From the NCBI GenBank assembly GCA_963806225.1, contig CAWDXG010000001.1, forward strand, positions 1,792,001 to 1,856,000: a DNA stretch of 64,000 nt, read 5' to 3'. Under the pieces are notes generated by a model that saw only the letters and a program-made list of their open reading frames with translations, made no database searches and was not told the DNA's origin. Positions 9,794 to 19,205 of the stretch are shown one piece after another. The DNA is from an uncultured delta proteobacterium (GTDB taxonomy: Bacteria; Myxococcota_A; Polyangia; Polyangiales; Polyangiaceae). The position numbers and the translations under genes were made by a program. How positions within the stretch are numbered: the first letter of the stretch is position 1; the number at the start of each line of letters is the position of its first letter.

Positions 9794-10918
9794 ATGCGTA
9801 GCTTGGGTCTTGCTCTAGGGCTGGTGGCTTTCGGTGTGCTCGCAGGCGGCTGCGCGGCGGAGCGGGACGGCACGGCCTCGGACGGCCTGCAAACGACCGA
9901 GCAGGCGCAGACGGTGTGCGCGGCCGGTCCCACGACCAAGGGCATCGATGTCTCTCACTGGCAGGGGACCATCGACTGGCAGAAGGTCAAGGGCGACGGT
10001 ATCCAGTTCGCGATCGCGAAGGCAACCGAGGGCACGGGCTTCATTGATCCCGAGTTTACCGCCAACTGGGCGGGGATGAAGCAGGCGGGCGTGCTCAGGG
10101 GCGCGTACCACTTCTTCCGCGCGAGCTACGATGGCGTCGCGCAGGCACAGCACTTCGTGCAGGTGATGGGGCCGCTCGCCGACGGCGACCTGCCGCCCGT
10201 GCTCGATCTCGAGGTCATGGACGGGCAGTCGTCGGCGACGGTGATCCAGCGGTCCAAGGATTTCATGGCGGAAGTGCAGAAGCTGACCGGGCGCACGCCG
10301 ATGCTCTACTCCGGTGGCTTTTTCAAGTCGCTTGGCAGCCCTTCGGGCTTCTCGCAGTACTATCTGTGGGACGCGCACTGGGGCGTGAGCTGCCCGAACA
10401 TCCCCGACGCGGGCTGGAGCACGTGGACCTTCTGGCAGTACACCGACAAGTCGAGCGTAGCGGGGATCGGCAACGGCAGCACCAGCGCCGTCGATGGGGA
10501 CGAGTTCAACGGTTCGCTGCAGGATCTGATCAAGTTCGCGTCACCCGGGGTTGGCGGTAGCGGCGGCACCGGCGGTGCGGGAGGCGCTGGAGGGACTGCC
10601 GGCGCGGGCGCGGTCGGCGGAGCCGGCGGCAGTGCAGCGGGCGGCAGCGGCGGCTCCATGGACGCCGGCGTGGGCGGAACGGGCGGCGTTGCTGCCGGCG
10701 GCACTGCGGGTGCCGCGTACGACGCCGGGATCGGCGGAGCTGGCGCGACGGCCGACGCGGGGCCCGGAGCGGCGACACCGCCGCTGCCCGCCTGGTTCGA
10801 CTCGAGCTGTTCGCTCGCGAGTCCGGAACCGGTGCGGAACGGGAGCGGCTGGCTGGCGTTCGCCACGCTGGGCGTGGTGGCGATCGCGCGACGGCGCCGG
10901 CGCGCGTCGCGCGACTAG
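9794..10918 (+). CDS. GH25 lysozyme (muramidase) lipoprotein with MYXO-CTERM-like tail
   Basis: KGIDVSHWQG, AKATEG, GAYHFF, PPVLDLE, TFWQY; C-terminal SCS...WLAFATLGVVAIARRRRR. Confidence 0.9.
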   Translation: MRSLGLALGLVAFGVLAGGCAAERDGTASDGLQTTEQAQTVCAAGPTTKGIDVSHWQGTIDWQKVKGDGIQFAIAKATEGTGFIDPEFTANWAGMKQAGVLRGAYHFFRASYDGVAQAQHFVQVMGPLADGDLPPVLDLEVMDGQSSATVIQRSKDFMAEVQKLTGRTPMLYSGGFFKSLGSPSGFSQYYLWDAHWGVSCPNIPDAGWSTWTFWQYTDKSSVAGIGNGSTSAVDGDEFNGSLQDLIKFASPGVGGSGGTGGAGGAGGTAGAGAVGGAGGSAAGGSGGSMDAGVGGTGGVAAGGTAGAAYDAGIGGAGATADAGPGAATPPLPAWFDSSCSLASPEPVRNGSGWLAFATLGVVAIARRRRRASRD

Positions 10919-11156
10919 ACCGGGAACCTGCGACTGCTCGAGGTCGATCAGGGAACGGCGCGCGAGACGCCGGGCCCATGCGAGGGTGCGCGCCACGTCG
11001 AGCAGACTGGATGCTACCCGGCGCAAGATGCTGCGGCGCGCGATGGGTGCAGGTTGCATGTCGCGTGGTGGTGCATCGGGCGTGCCACCCATGATGGTAG
11101 TCAATACCAGCGGAAATCAGGCCACTGGAACGAGGTGGCGGCCGCTGCCACGTGAC

Positions 11157-11172
11157 TGGCATGCACAGTGCA
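11157..11172 (+). promoter_or_regulatory. Candidate sigma54 promoter for the 11338-16516 operon
   Basis: TGGCATGCACAGTGCA fits TGGCAC-N5-TTGC with correct GG-N10-GC spacing. Confidence 0.5.
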
Positions 11173-11337
11173 AACGACGTGTCGCATGTCGACCACGGCG
11201 TGCGCGCTGGAAGCAGGCCGCGTCCGCCCCCGCTGCATATGCGCGAATCCGCGCGTGCGCGATCCATCCGCGGACGCAGGGCTGGCGTGCCTATGGGGTT
11301 CGCGCGCAACGCTTGCACGATCCGCGTGGAAACCGCG

Positions 11338-12840
11338 ATGACGGCGCCCATCCCCGTTCCCTCGACCAGCGGACACGGCCGGCTCGCTCGCTACGACGCA
11401 ATCGTCGTCGGCAGCGGCGTGGGCGGCTCCGTCACGGCCGGGACCCTCGCCGCGCGCGGGTTCCGCGTGCTGGTCCTCGAGAAGAACCCGGTGCTGGGTG
11501 GGATCCTCGCTTCCACCCGCCGGGACGGCTTCAAGCTGGACGTGGGCAGCCACCTCATCTCGCGAGGCGAGCGCGGACCGCTGGGCTGCGCGCTGCACTC
11601 GCTGGGGCTTTCCCACCCGCGTTTCATCACGCATCCCATGCCGGTGCGATCGCGCGGGATGTTCGAGCTGTCGGCGCCGGAGCACCGGCGGCAGTTGCCC
11701 GCCTACGCACTGGAGGCGGCGCGGCTCCTGCGACTGCCGGCTCGTGAGATGGCGTCGATGGCGCGGATGATGCTGTCGGTTTTCACGCTGACGGAGTTCG
11801 AGCTCCGGCGTTGGGACCGCCGCACGTTGGACGAGTTCATCCGCCGGCACACCGAACACCCGGGCGCCTACTTCTTGTTCAGCTTCCTGGCGAGCATCTT
11901 CTTCGTGCTGCCGCCGTGGAAGGTGTCCGCGGGTGAGGCGATCCGCTGTCTACGCTGGGTGATCGCAAGCTACCGCCTGTCCTACGTGGAAGGCGGCATG
12001 GACAGCATTCCGCACGCGCTTCTGGGATTCGTCGGGCCGGCGGGTGGCGATCTGGTGACTGGGCGGCGCGTCGTGGCGATCCGCAGGAACTGCGACGGGC
12101 TCGTGGTGGCGACGGACGACGGCGCCGAGTACCGCGCGCCAGCCGTCGCATGCAACATGGCGCCCGCCGACCTGGTCTCCCTGCTCGACGGTATCGAAGT
12201 GCCGCCGGAATACGCCGAACGCGTGGCGGCGATCGAGGGATCGGGCAGCGCGCACCAGGTGAAGCTCGCGCTCAAGCGTCCGCTGATCGGCGAGGGCTGC
12301 TTGATTGGCGGCGTGTCTTTGGAGGGCAAGACGCTCGACGACCTGAGCCTCGAGCTGATGCGCGAAACCGTGGGCGCGATCGAGGCCGGGCGTGTGTCGG
12401 ACCCGCTGGCCATCTATGCGCCGGTGCCCACCAACTATGACCCGTCGCTGGCGCCAGAGGGTTGCCAGCTCGTGGTGGCGAGCATCTACGGACCGGTGCG
12501 CCCTGATCCGGCCGATCCGCCCGAGAAGTGGCGCGAGCGGATCCTCCAGGCCTTCGCGAGCATCGTGCCCCATCTGTACGACGAGCTGCTGTTCGTCGAG
12601 TTCGAGCCCGTGCCGGCGCTCGGCGCGTGGATGGGCAAGAGCAACAACGCTGCGATCGTCAACGGCCAGTTGCCGGGGCAAGTTGGGCGCGATCGCCTGC
12701 CGGTGACGACGCCGGTGGACGGCCTGTACCTGTGCGGCGACGGCGCGGGCGGCCGCGGCATCGGCACGGAACTGGCCGCGGCGTCGGCGCTCGAGGCGGC
12801 GCGGGCGATCCTGACGCAGGCGAAGACGGAGGCGGCATGA
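11338..12840 (+). CDS. Phytoene desaturase (CrtI)-superfamily FAD-dependent oxidoreductase
   Basis: DAIVVGSGVGG...VLVLEKNPVLGG...RDGFKLDVGSH; YVEGGM; C-terminal TPVDGLYLCGD. Confidence 0.82.
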   Translation: MTAPIPVPSTSGHGRLARYDAIVVGSGVGGSVTAGTLAARGFRVLVLEKNPVLGGILASTRRDGFKLDVGSHLISRGERGPLGCALHSLGLSHPRFITHPMPVRSRGMFELSAPEHRRQLPAYALEAARLLRLPAREMASMARMMLSVFTLTEFELRRWDRRTLDEFIRRHTEHPGAYFLFSFLASIFFVLPPWKVSAGEAIRCLRWVIASYRLSYVEGGMDSIPHALLGFVGPAGGDLVTGRRVVAIRRNCDGLVVATDDGAEYRAPAVACNMAPADLVSLLDGIEVPPEYAERVAAIEGSGSAHQVKLALKRPLIGEGCLIGGVSLEGKTLDDLSLELMRETVGAIEAGRVSDPLAIYAPVPTNYDPSLAPEGCQLVVASIYGPVRPDPADPPEKWRERILQAFASIVPHLYDELLFVEFEPVPALGAWMGKSNNAAIVNGQLPGQVGRDRLPVTTPVDGLYLCGDGAGGRGIGTELAAASALEAARAILTQAKTEAA

Positions 12841-13505
12841 GCGATCTCGTCGGCGCTGTCGTTTGGCTATCGGTCCTGGCGGGCGGGCTCGGATTCTGCC
12901 TGCTCCTCCACCACCTTGGCGCGCGGGCGACGTACGTGCGCGACCTGCTCCACATCGGCACCGGCGTGTGGGTGCTGGGTTGGCCCTGGTGGAAGGGAGC
13001 CATCGCGCCCGTGCTGATCCTCGGCTTCGCGCTCGCCGTGACTGTGTCGCTGCCGGTGCTGGCGCGGCACAGCCGCTTCGCCCTGCTGGTGGTCGACAGC
13101 CTGGCGAGTGGAGACGAGCGCTGGAGCGGGCTGGTGTTGTACGTGGCGGCCTACGCACTGCTCTCGTGCGCGGGACTCTGGCTGGGCGCGTTCGCCGCGG
13201 GCGCTGCGCTTTTGTCGCTGTCGCTCGGCGACGGGATCGGTGGTGCCGTGGGGCGGCGCTTCGGACGGCATCACTATCGCGCGCCCGGCGGCAAGGAAAA
13301 GAGCATCGAAGGCTCGGTCGTCGTCGCACTCGCGGCGGCGGCCGGCATCGCGATCGCCGGGTGGCGCTTCGGCGAGCATCCGGGCGCCGCGGGAGTGGCC
13401 GGCCTGGCCGTGATCGCCGCGGTCGCCGAAGCGCTCGCGCCGCGCGGCAGCGACAACGTCGTGGTGCCGGCCGCGGTGTGGGGGGTGGCCAGGCTTTTCG
13501 CATAG
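12837..13505 (+). CDS. Phytol/dolichol kinase-like (CTP-dependent polyprenol kinase) membrane protein
   Basis: ATGA overlap; RDLLHIGTG, LSLGDGIGGAVGRRFG, KSIEGS, E...GSDNVVVP are typical family motifs. Confidence 0.82.
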   Translation: MSDLVGAVVWLSVLAGGLGFCLLLHHLGARATYVRDLLHIGTGVWVLGWPWWKGAIAPVLILGFALAVTVSLPVLARHSRFALLVVDSLASGDERWSGLVLYVAAYALLSCAGLWLGAFAAGAALLSLSLGDGIGGAVGRRFGRHHYRAPGGKEKSIEGSVVVALAAAAGIAIAGWRFGEHPGAAGVAGLAVIAAVAEALAPRGSDNVVVPAAVWGVARLFA

Positions 13506-13513
13506 GAGGGGGA

Positions 13514-14467
13514 ATGGCAAACGCAGTTCACGAGATGGGCACGCGGCCCGGCGCGGTCCATCACCACATAAGGCAGGGGATCTGGCGCGTCGCCGATCCG
13601 AAGATCACGCTGGCGTCGGTGTCGTCGATGGTTCTGGGCGCGGCGATTGCCGCCTGGCAGGGAACCATCGCGTGGGGATGGCTCGCGCTGACCGTGCTCG
13701 GCATCTTCTTCTTCGAGGCCGCGAAGAACGCCTCCGGCGAGATCTTCGACTGGGACTCGGGTGCCGACCAGGCGCTGTCGGTCAGTGAACGGACGCCGTT
13801 TTCCGGCGGCAAGCGCGTGCTCGTCGACGGGTTGATGACGCGGCGCCAGACGGCGTGGATGGCGGCGGCGTTCTACGCGCTCGGCATCGCGGCAGGGCTC
13901 GCCATCGTGATCGGGCGCGAGCCCCGCGTGCTGTGGCTCGGCATGCTCGGCGCGGGGCTCGCGTTCTTCTACCACGCGCCGCCGCTCGAGCTGTCGTACC
14001 GCGGCCTCGGCGAAGTCGCGGTGGCGCTCGCCTATGGTCCCGTGATCGCGTGCGGCACGTACCTGGTGCAGCGCCACGGCGTGTCGCCCGAGGTGCTCTG
14101 GGCGTCGCTCCCGCTCGGCATCGCGATCATGGCGTTCCTGTGGATCAACGAGTTCCCGGACGCGCGCGCGGACGCGCTGGCGGGCAAGCGCACGCTGGTG
14201 GTGCGGCTCGGACGGCCCCGCGCGGCGCGGGCGTTCGCCGGGCTGGTTGCCGCGACGTATGTCGGGCTGGCACTGCTGCCGCTCGCGGGGCTTCCGCTCG
14301 GGATCTGGGGCGGGTTCATCGGGCTGCCGTTCGCGGCGCGCGCGGCGCAGCGCTTGGTGCGCTTTCCGGAGACGCCGGCGGAGATGGTACCGGCGCAGCG
14401 CTGGACGCTGCTTTCCTTCGTGCTGCTCGCGGTGGGAGCGGCGCTGGGGATCTGGCTTGTCGGCTGA
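13514..14467 (+). CDS. UbiA-family prenyltransferase, MenA-like
   Basis: AGGAGG RBS; DPKITLAS; NASGEIFDWDSGAD; YHAPPLELSYRGLGE; INEFPDARADALAGKRTLVVRLG; multiple TM helices. Confidence 0.85.
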   Translation: MANAVHEMGTRPGAVHHHIRQGIWRVADPKITLASVSSMVLGAAIAAWQGTIAWGWLALTVLGIFFFEAAKNASGEIFDWDSGADQALSVSERTPFSGGKRVLVDGLMTRRQTAWMAAAFYALGIAAGLAIVIGREPRVLWLGMLGAGLAFFYHAPPLELSYRGLGEVAVALAYGPVIACGTYLVQRHGVSPEVLWASLPLGIAIMAFLWINEFPDARADALAGKRTLVVRLGRPRAARAFAGLVAATYVGLALLPLAGLPLGIWGGFIGLPFAARAAQRLVRFPETPAEMVPAQRWTLLSFVLLAVGAALGIWLVG

Positions 14468-15392
14468 CGCGCCACGGCGGCTGCACGTCGTGCTCGGCAA
14501 GGGCGGCGTCGGCAAATCGACCGTTGGCGCCGCGCTGGCGCTCGCTGCACGGCGTCGCGACGCGCGCGTGCTCGCGATCGAGCTCGGCGCGCCCGGCGGG
14601 CTGTCACGCGTGCTGGGGGTCGAGCTGCCCGGGCCGGGGACAATCGTCGAAGCGCCGTCGGGCGTGGCCGTGAGCTGGTTCGACGGCGCGGCGGCCCTTT
14701 CCGAGTACCTGCGGCATGCGCTGCGCTTCGGCGCGCTGCTCGACAAGGTCCTGGCACATCCGCTGTATCGCGCCTTCGTCGACGCGGCGCCAGGCTTGAA
14801 GGAGCTGATGGCGATGGGCAAGGTGCGCGACGAGTTCTCGTTGCACAAGGAGCATGGCCGCCCGCACTGGGACGTGGTCGTGGTCGACGCCGGTGCGTCC
14901 GGCCACGCCATCGAGCACCTGCGCATGCCGGCGGCGGCGGCGGAGACGTTCCACTCCGGCCGCGTGCATCGCGAGTCGCGGCGCGTGCACGCGCTGTTTG
15001 CCGACCCCGCGCAGACGGCAATCTGGGTGGTGGCGACGCCCGAGGAGATGCCGCTGCGCGAAGCTGCCGAGAGCGTGTCGCGGCTTGCCGACGCCGGGTT
15101 CGGCGACGTGCGCGTGGTCGTCAACCGCTGTCGGCCGGTTGCGCCGGAGGGGGTGGACGCGGCGCTCGCCGCGCTCGAAGTTCTGCCGGCCGGAGATGCC
15201 GCGCGGCAAGCTGCGCGCGACGGGCTCGCGGTTGCGGCGCGGCGGGCGCTGGGCTGGCAGCGCATCCAGGAGCAGGGCATCGCCGCGCTGGTGGAGGAGA
15301 TCGGAACGCGACCGCTCCGGCTGCCGACGCTGACGGAAGTGACGGAGCCGGGGCTGGCGGAGCTCGGCGAGCTGCTGTGGGGGGTGGCATGA
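14457..15392 (+). CDS. ArsA/Get3-like ATPase, first subunit
   Basis: Probable TTG start overlapping the upstream stop; GKGGVGKST; APGLKELMAMGK; VVVDAGASGH; VATPEEMPLRE; VVVNR. Confidence 0.85.
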   Translation: MSADAPRRLHVVLGKGGVGKSTVGAALALAARRRDARVLAIELGAPGGLSRVLGVELPGPGTIVEAPSGVAVSWFDGAAALSEYLRHALRFGALLDKVLAHPLYRAFVDAAPGLKELMAMGKVRDEFSLHKEHGRPHWDVVVVDAGASGHAIEHLRMPAAAAETFHSGRVHRESRRVHALFADPAQTAIWVVATPEEMPLREAAESVSRLADAGFGDVRVVVNRCRPVAPEGVDAALAALEVLPAGDAARQAARDGLAVAARRALGWQRIQEQGIAALVEEIGTRPLRLPTLTEVTEPGLAELGELLWGVA

Positions 15393-16516
15393 GCCTGGGC
15401 GGCCTGATGGAGCGGCTGCGGCTGGTGGTGTGCGTCGGTACGGGCGGCGTCGGCAAGACCACGCTGTCGGCGGCGCTCGCCCTCGGCGGGGCGATGGCCG
15501 GACGGCGCGCGATGGTGCTGACCATCGATCCCGCGCGGGCGCTGGCGCGCGGCCTCGGGCTGGAACGGCTCGAGCGCGGCGGACAGCGCATCCCGGACCA
15601 GGTGTTGCGCTCGTCGGGCGTGACCGTGAGCGGTTCGCTGTCGGCGGGCATGCTCGACCAGAAGGTGGCGTGGGACGCCTTCATCACCCGTCACACGCGC
15701 AGCGCCGCAGGCCGCCGCGCCATCCTCGACAATCCCTTCTACCAGGAGCTGAGCGGACGCTTCGCCGGCGCGACGGAATACGTCGCAGTCGAGGAGCTGT
15801 GCCGGCTCGACGAGTCGGGCGAGTACAATCTGATCGTGCTCGACACGCCGCCCGCCGCGCACGCGCTCGACTTCGTGAGCGCGCCGGGACGCATCGACCG
15901 CCTGCTCGACCCGGAGCTGTCGCAGTGGCTGACGCGGCCGTACGCCGCGGTGGGAAAGAGCGCGTTCCGTTCGGCGGGCGCGACGCTCCGGTTCGTCCTA
16001 CGGCAGCTCGAGCGCGCGACGGGGCGGCAGACGCTGCGCGATGTGTCGGCGCTGTTCACCGCGATGGACGGCCTGTTCGACGACATCCGCGCCCGCACAC
16101 GCGAGGCGCGCGCGCTCCTGTACGGTCCGTCGACGGCGTTCGTGCTCGTAACAGGACCGGAAGAGCCCGTGCTCGCCGGGACGAGCGCGCTAGGCGAGCG
16201 CCTGAGCGCGCTCGACGTGCCGCTCCGTGCCGTGATCCAGAACCGGACGCACCCGCTACCCGGCCTCGATGACCCCGCTGCGGAGATCGCGGCCGACGCG
16301 CTGCTCGGCGAGCTCGACGCGCCGCCCGACGTGCTCGCGTGGCTCGGCCGCACGCACCGCGACGAGGTTGCGCGGGCGCGCGCCGAAGCGCGTCGCTGGG
16401 AGCAGTTCGCGCGCAGCCTGCCGGCTGGCGTCGAACAAGCTTCCCTCGCCGAGCTCGACCACGACCTGCACTCGCTCGGCAATCTCGCCGATGTCGCGCG
16501 GAAGCTCTGGGCGTAG
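15389..16516 (+). CDS. ArsA/Get3-like ATPase, second subunit
   Basis: ATGA overlap; GTGGVGKTT; TIDPARALA; GATEYVAVE; IVLDTPP. Confidence 0.88.
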   Translation: MSLGGLMERLRLVVCVGTGGVGKTTLSAALALGGAMAGRRAMVLTIDPARALARGLGLERLERGGQRIPDQVLRSSGVTVSGSLSAGMLDQKVAWDAFITRHTRSAAGRRAILDNPFYQELSGRFAGATEYVAVEELCRLDESGEYNLIVLDTPPAAHALDFVSAPGRIDRLLDPELSQWLTRPYAAVGKSAFRSAGATLRFVLRQLERATGRQTLRDVSALFTAMDGLFDDIRARTREARALLYGPSTAFVLVTGPEEPVLAGTSALGERLSALDVPLRAVIQNRTHPLPGLDDPAAEIAADALLGELDAPPDVLAWLGRTHRDEVARARAEARRWEQFARSLPAGVEQASLAELDHDLHSLGNLADVARKLWA

Positions 16517-16527
16517 GCGCCTGCTGC

Positions 16528-18006
16528 TCAGCGGCGGCGACGGATCGCGAAGCCGAACAGAGCGACGGACGCGAGCCACCAGGGCGCGCCGCTCTGCTCG
16601 TGTCCAGCGGCGCGGCAGCCGCAGCTGCCGCTATTGCCACTCGAGGCGGCGTTGCCGGACGCGCCGGCCGCGGCGTTGCCGGCGGAGCCTCCAGTGTTCC
16701 CGCTGGAGCCCGCGCTGCCGCCGGTGCCCGTGCCGCCGCTGCCCGCGCCGCCGCTGCCACCGGTTGCGGAACCGCCGCTGCCCGCGCCGCCGCTGCCGCC
16801 GGTGCCCGCGCCGCCCGTGCCGCTGCCGCCGGTTCCGCCCGCTCCGCTGCCGCCGCCGAGCTCGTAGGCGCCGATGTCGATGGTGCCGACGCTGGTGCGG
16901 TTCTCGCGGCCCGTCGGGTGGACGTACTGGTATTTCGGCGTGAGCGCAAAGCCCGCGCCGGTGCCGGGGTTGGCGCCGCCGTCCACGCACGGCGTGCCGG
17001 AGACCAGGTGGTAGTCGAAGGTCGCGGCGTTCACGAGACACGTCGTGCCGCCGCTGTAGTTGTTGGCGAGCGTGGCGTTGCCCTGGTTGGTCACGGTGCC
17101 GCCGCCCTGGAAGATGTTGTTCTTGATCACGGCGGGCGTGGTGACCGAGCTGCCGAGCCGGACGAAGGTGCCGCTGCCCTTGTCGTTCACGAAGGTGTTG
17201 TTCACGACGAAGAGCTGGTGGTCGGGGTTGGCGGTGTTGGTGCCCTCTTCCTGGTAGGTGAGGAGGGTGGGGTTGTCGGTCTGCGTGCCCTGTTCGATCA
17301 GGTTGCCGATGACGTACGTCTTGCCGCCGTTCGGGAAGTCGAGCTCGTAGCTCTCGGTGCCGTCGGACTCGCCCGTCAGCCGGTTGTACAGCACGTCCGT
17401 CTCGGCCGCGCGTGACTTCAAGAGGTGGCCGATCTTCGCGCGGTGCGACCAGTTGTACTGGAACACGAACTTCTTGACGTGGTTGATGTACAGGTTGTGC
17501 GAGTAGCCGTCGCCGTAGCCGTTGTGGTTGAACTCGCTGTACTCGATCAGAATGGTGCTGTTCGCGTCGTCGCCGGCCAGGATGCCGTCCTCGTTGTCGT
17601 GGAAGGAGCAGTTCCTGACCGTGAGGTTCGTGCCTTCCTGGCGGATGCCGGCGCCGTTCTTGTCGACCACGGTGGCGCCGCTGAACTCGATGTTCTCGAC
17701 CGTGGTGTTGTCGCCCTGGATGACCCAGATGGCCTTGCCGCCGTAGGCCTTGCCCGCCGCGTCGATTTTCGCGCGGCCGTTCACGCCCTTGATGACAAGG
17801 TTGCTGGGCGCGATGGCGCACACGTCGCCGTCGTAGTTGCCGGCGGCGTCGATCTCGATGGTGTCGCCGTCCTGGGCGGCCGCGATGGCGGCGCAGGGCT
17901 TGGCGTAGGTCTTTCCCGGGCCGACCTGGAACGTCGCGGCGGACGCCGCGCCCGCCGCCAGCATCACCACCGCCCACGCAGAAACCGACCGTGGTGCTGT
18001 TCGCAT
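16528..18006 (-). CDS. Secreted right-handed beta-helix protein with Gly-rich linker and MYXO-CTERM
   Basis: Signal peptide; AIAAAQDGDTIEI; parallel beta-helix-type repeats (NCSFHDNEDGIL, SHNLYI); IDIGAYE; C-terminal GCGCRAAG...WWLASVALFGFAIRRRR. Confidence 0.82.
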   Translation of the reverse strand: MRTAPRSVSAWAVVMLAAGAASAATFQVGPGKTYAKPCAAIAAAQDGDTIEIDAAGNYDGDVCAIAPSNLVIKGVNGRAKIDAAGKAYGGKAIWVIQGDNTTVENIEFSGATVVDKNGAGIRQEGTNLTVRNCSFHDNEDGILAGDDANSTILIEYSEFNHNGYGDGYSHNLYINHVKKFVFQYNWSHRAKIGHLLKSRAAETDVLYNRLTGESDGTESYELDFPNGGKTYVIGNLIEQGTQTDNPTLLTYQEEGTNTANPDHQLFVVNNTFVNDKGSGTFVRLGSSVTTPAVIKNNIFQGGGTVTNQGNATLANNYSGGTTCLVNAATFDYHLVSGTPCVDGGANPGTGAGFALTPKYQYVHPTGRENRTSVGTIDIGAYELGGGSGAGGTGGSGTGGAGTGGSGGAGSGGSATGGSGGAGSGGTGTGGSAGSSGNTGGSAGNAAAGASGNAASSGNSGSCGCRAAGHEQSGAPWWLASVALFGFAIRRRR

Positions 18007-18051
18007 CGCGACATTGTCGCCGCGCTGCGGCCGGAGTTCAAGGGCCCGGGC

Positions 18052-19149
18052 CTAGTTGAGCGACTGCGGCATCGTGATGCGGCGATTGGCGCACTTCGAC
18101 GCGGCCGGCCACTCCTCGAACGAGATCGGCACGGTGGGATATGTCGAGCTGACCCAGACATTGGGGAAGGGGTTCCAGTTCTTGGCGCAGTGCAGGCCGT
18201 CCTTGCCACACTCGCAGGTGGCCACGCCGGGGTGCACCTTGCTCACCTGGAAGTGCAGGTGGATTCCGGTGGAATGCCCCGTCGTGCCCGATACGGCGAG
18301 CGCCTGGCCCTGCGTGACGTGCGCGCCGCAGGTGATGCCGGCCTTCGCGGAGTTGTACCTCAGGTGCATGTAGATGGCCTGCGTGCCGTCGCCGTGATCG
18401 ACGACGATCATGTTGACGTAGTGGCTGTACGTGGAGCTGCCGCCGCCCATGTCGCTCGAGAGCTTCATGTGCGTTATGGTGCCGCCGCGCGCAGCGCGCA
18501 CCACGAAGTGAGTGGTGTTCCCCCAGTCCCAGGCGTACTCGTCCGGGCCGACGTGGTCGGTGCAGCACGAGTCGTTGCAGTCCTGCGTCAGCTTCATCGT
18601 CACGCCGTGCGTCCAGGGCAGGCGGTAGCTCTTCTTGCTGACGGGCAGCTTGCAGTAGTCGTCATATCCAGCGGCGGCGACGACGCAGCCGTTCGAGCAC
18701 TTCTTCGCGCTGGTTGGCGCGCCGGGGCCGTTGCAGTGGTAGAGGGTGTTCTTGTCGGCGTTCAACACCTTGTCGCCGCCGCAGTAGTCGCCGGTCTTGG
18801 CGTTGGCGCCGCACTTCGGTGGCGGGCTGGTGCTCCCGCCGGCACCTGCGGTGCCGCCCGCGCCGCTTCCGCCGGTGCCGCCGCTGGTCGTCCCGCCGCT
18901 CGCGTCGGACCCCGCATCGTTGCCCGCCGCGCCGCCCGCCCAGGGTCCCGCGTCGTAGCCGGCCGCACCACCCGCCCCGGGCCCTGCTTCGTGGCCGGCC
19001 GCACCGCCCTGCGAGCTTCCGCCGTTGCCGCCGCTTGACGCTGCCGCCGCGCCGCCGTCGCCCGAGGAGCAACCCGCGGCCACGACAAGCATGGCGCCGA
19101 ACAGTACGAGAGGTTGCCTTCTGGATATCTGCTTCACGTCGACCTCCAA
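18052..19149 (-). CDS. M23-family metallopeptidase lipoprotein with Cys-rich domain
   Basis: Lipobox AAGC; H...YAWD; VRAARGG; YMHL; SGTTGHSTGIHLHF; exact start uncertain. Confidence 0.85.
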   Translation of the reverse strand: MEVDVKQISRRQPLVLFGAMLVVAAGCSSGDGGAAAASSGGNGGSSQGGAAGHEAGPGAGGAAGYDAGPWAGGAAGNDAGSDASGGTTSGGTGGSGAGGTAGAGGSTSPPPKCGANAKTGDYCGGDKVLNADKNTLYHCNGPGAPTSAKKCSNGCVVAAAGYDDYCKLPVSKKSYRLPWTHGVTMKLTQDCNDSCCTDHVGPDEYAWDWGNTTHFVVRAARGGTITHMKLSSDMGGGSSTYSHYVNMIVVDHGDGTQAIYMHLRYNSAKAGITCGAHVTQGQALAVSGTTGHSTGIHLHFQVSKVHPGVATCECGKDGLHCAKNWNPFPNVWVSSTYPTVPISFEEWPAASKCANRRITMPQSLN

Positions 19150-19205
19150 CCCCGGAGCGTATCATGTCGTCGTGCTTTCCGCCTCCGTCGGGCCACCGTG
19201 GCCGA

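Noticed and set aside
14457..16516. Arsenic-resistance operon
   Set aside because: No arsB, acr3, arsC or arsD; the context is isoprenoid/lipid metabolism
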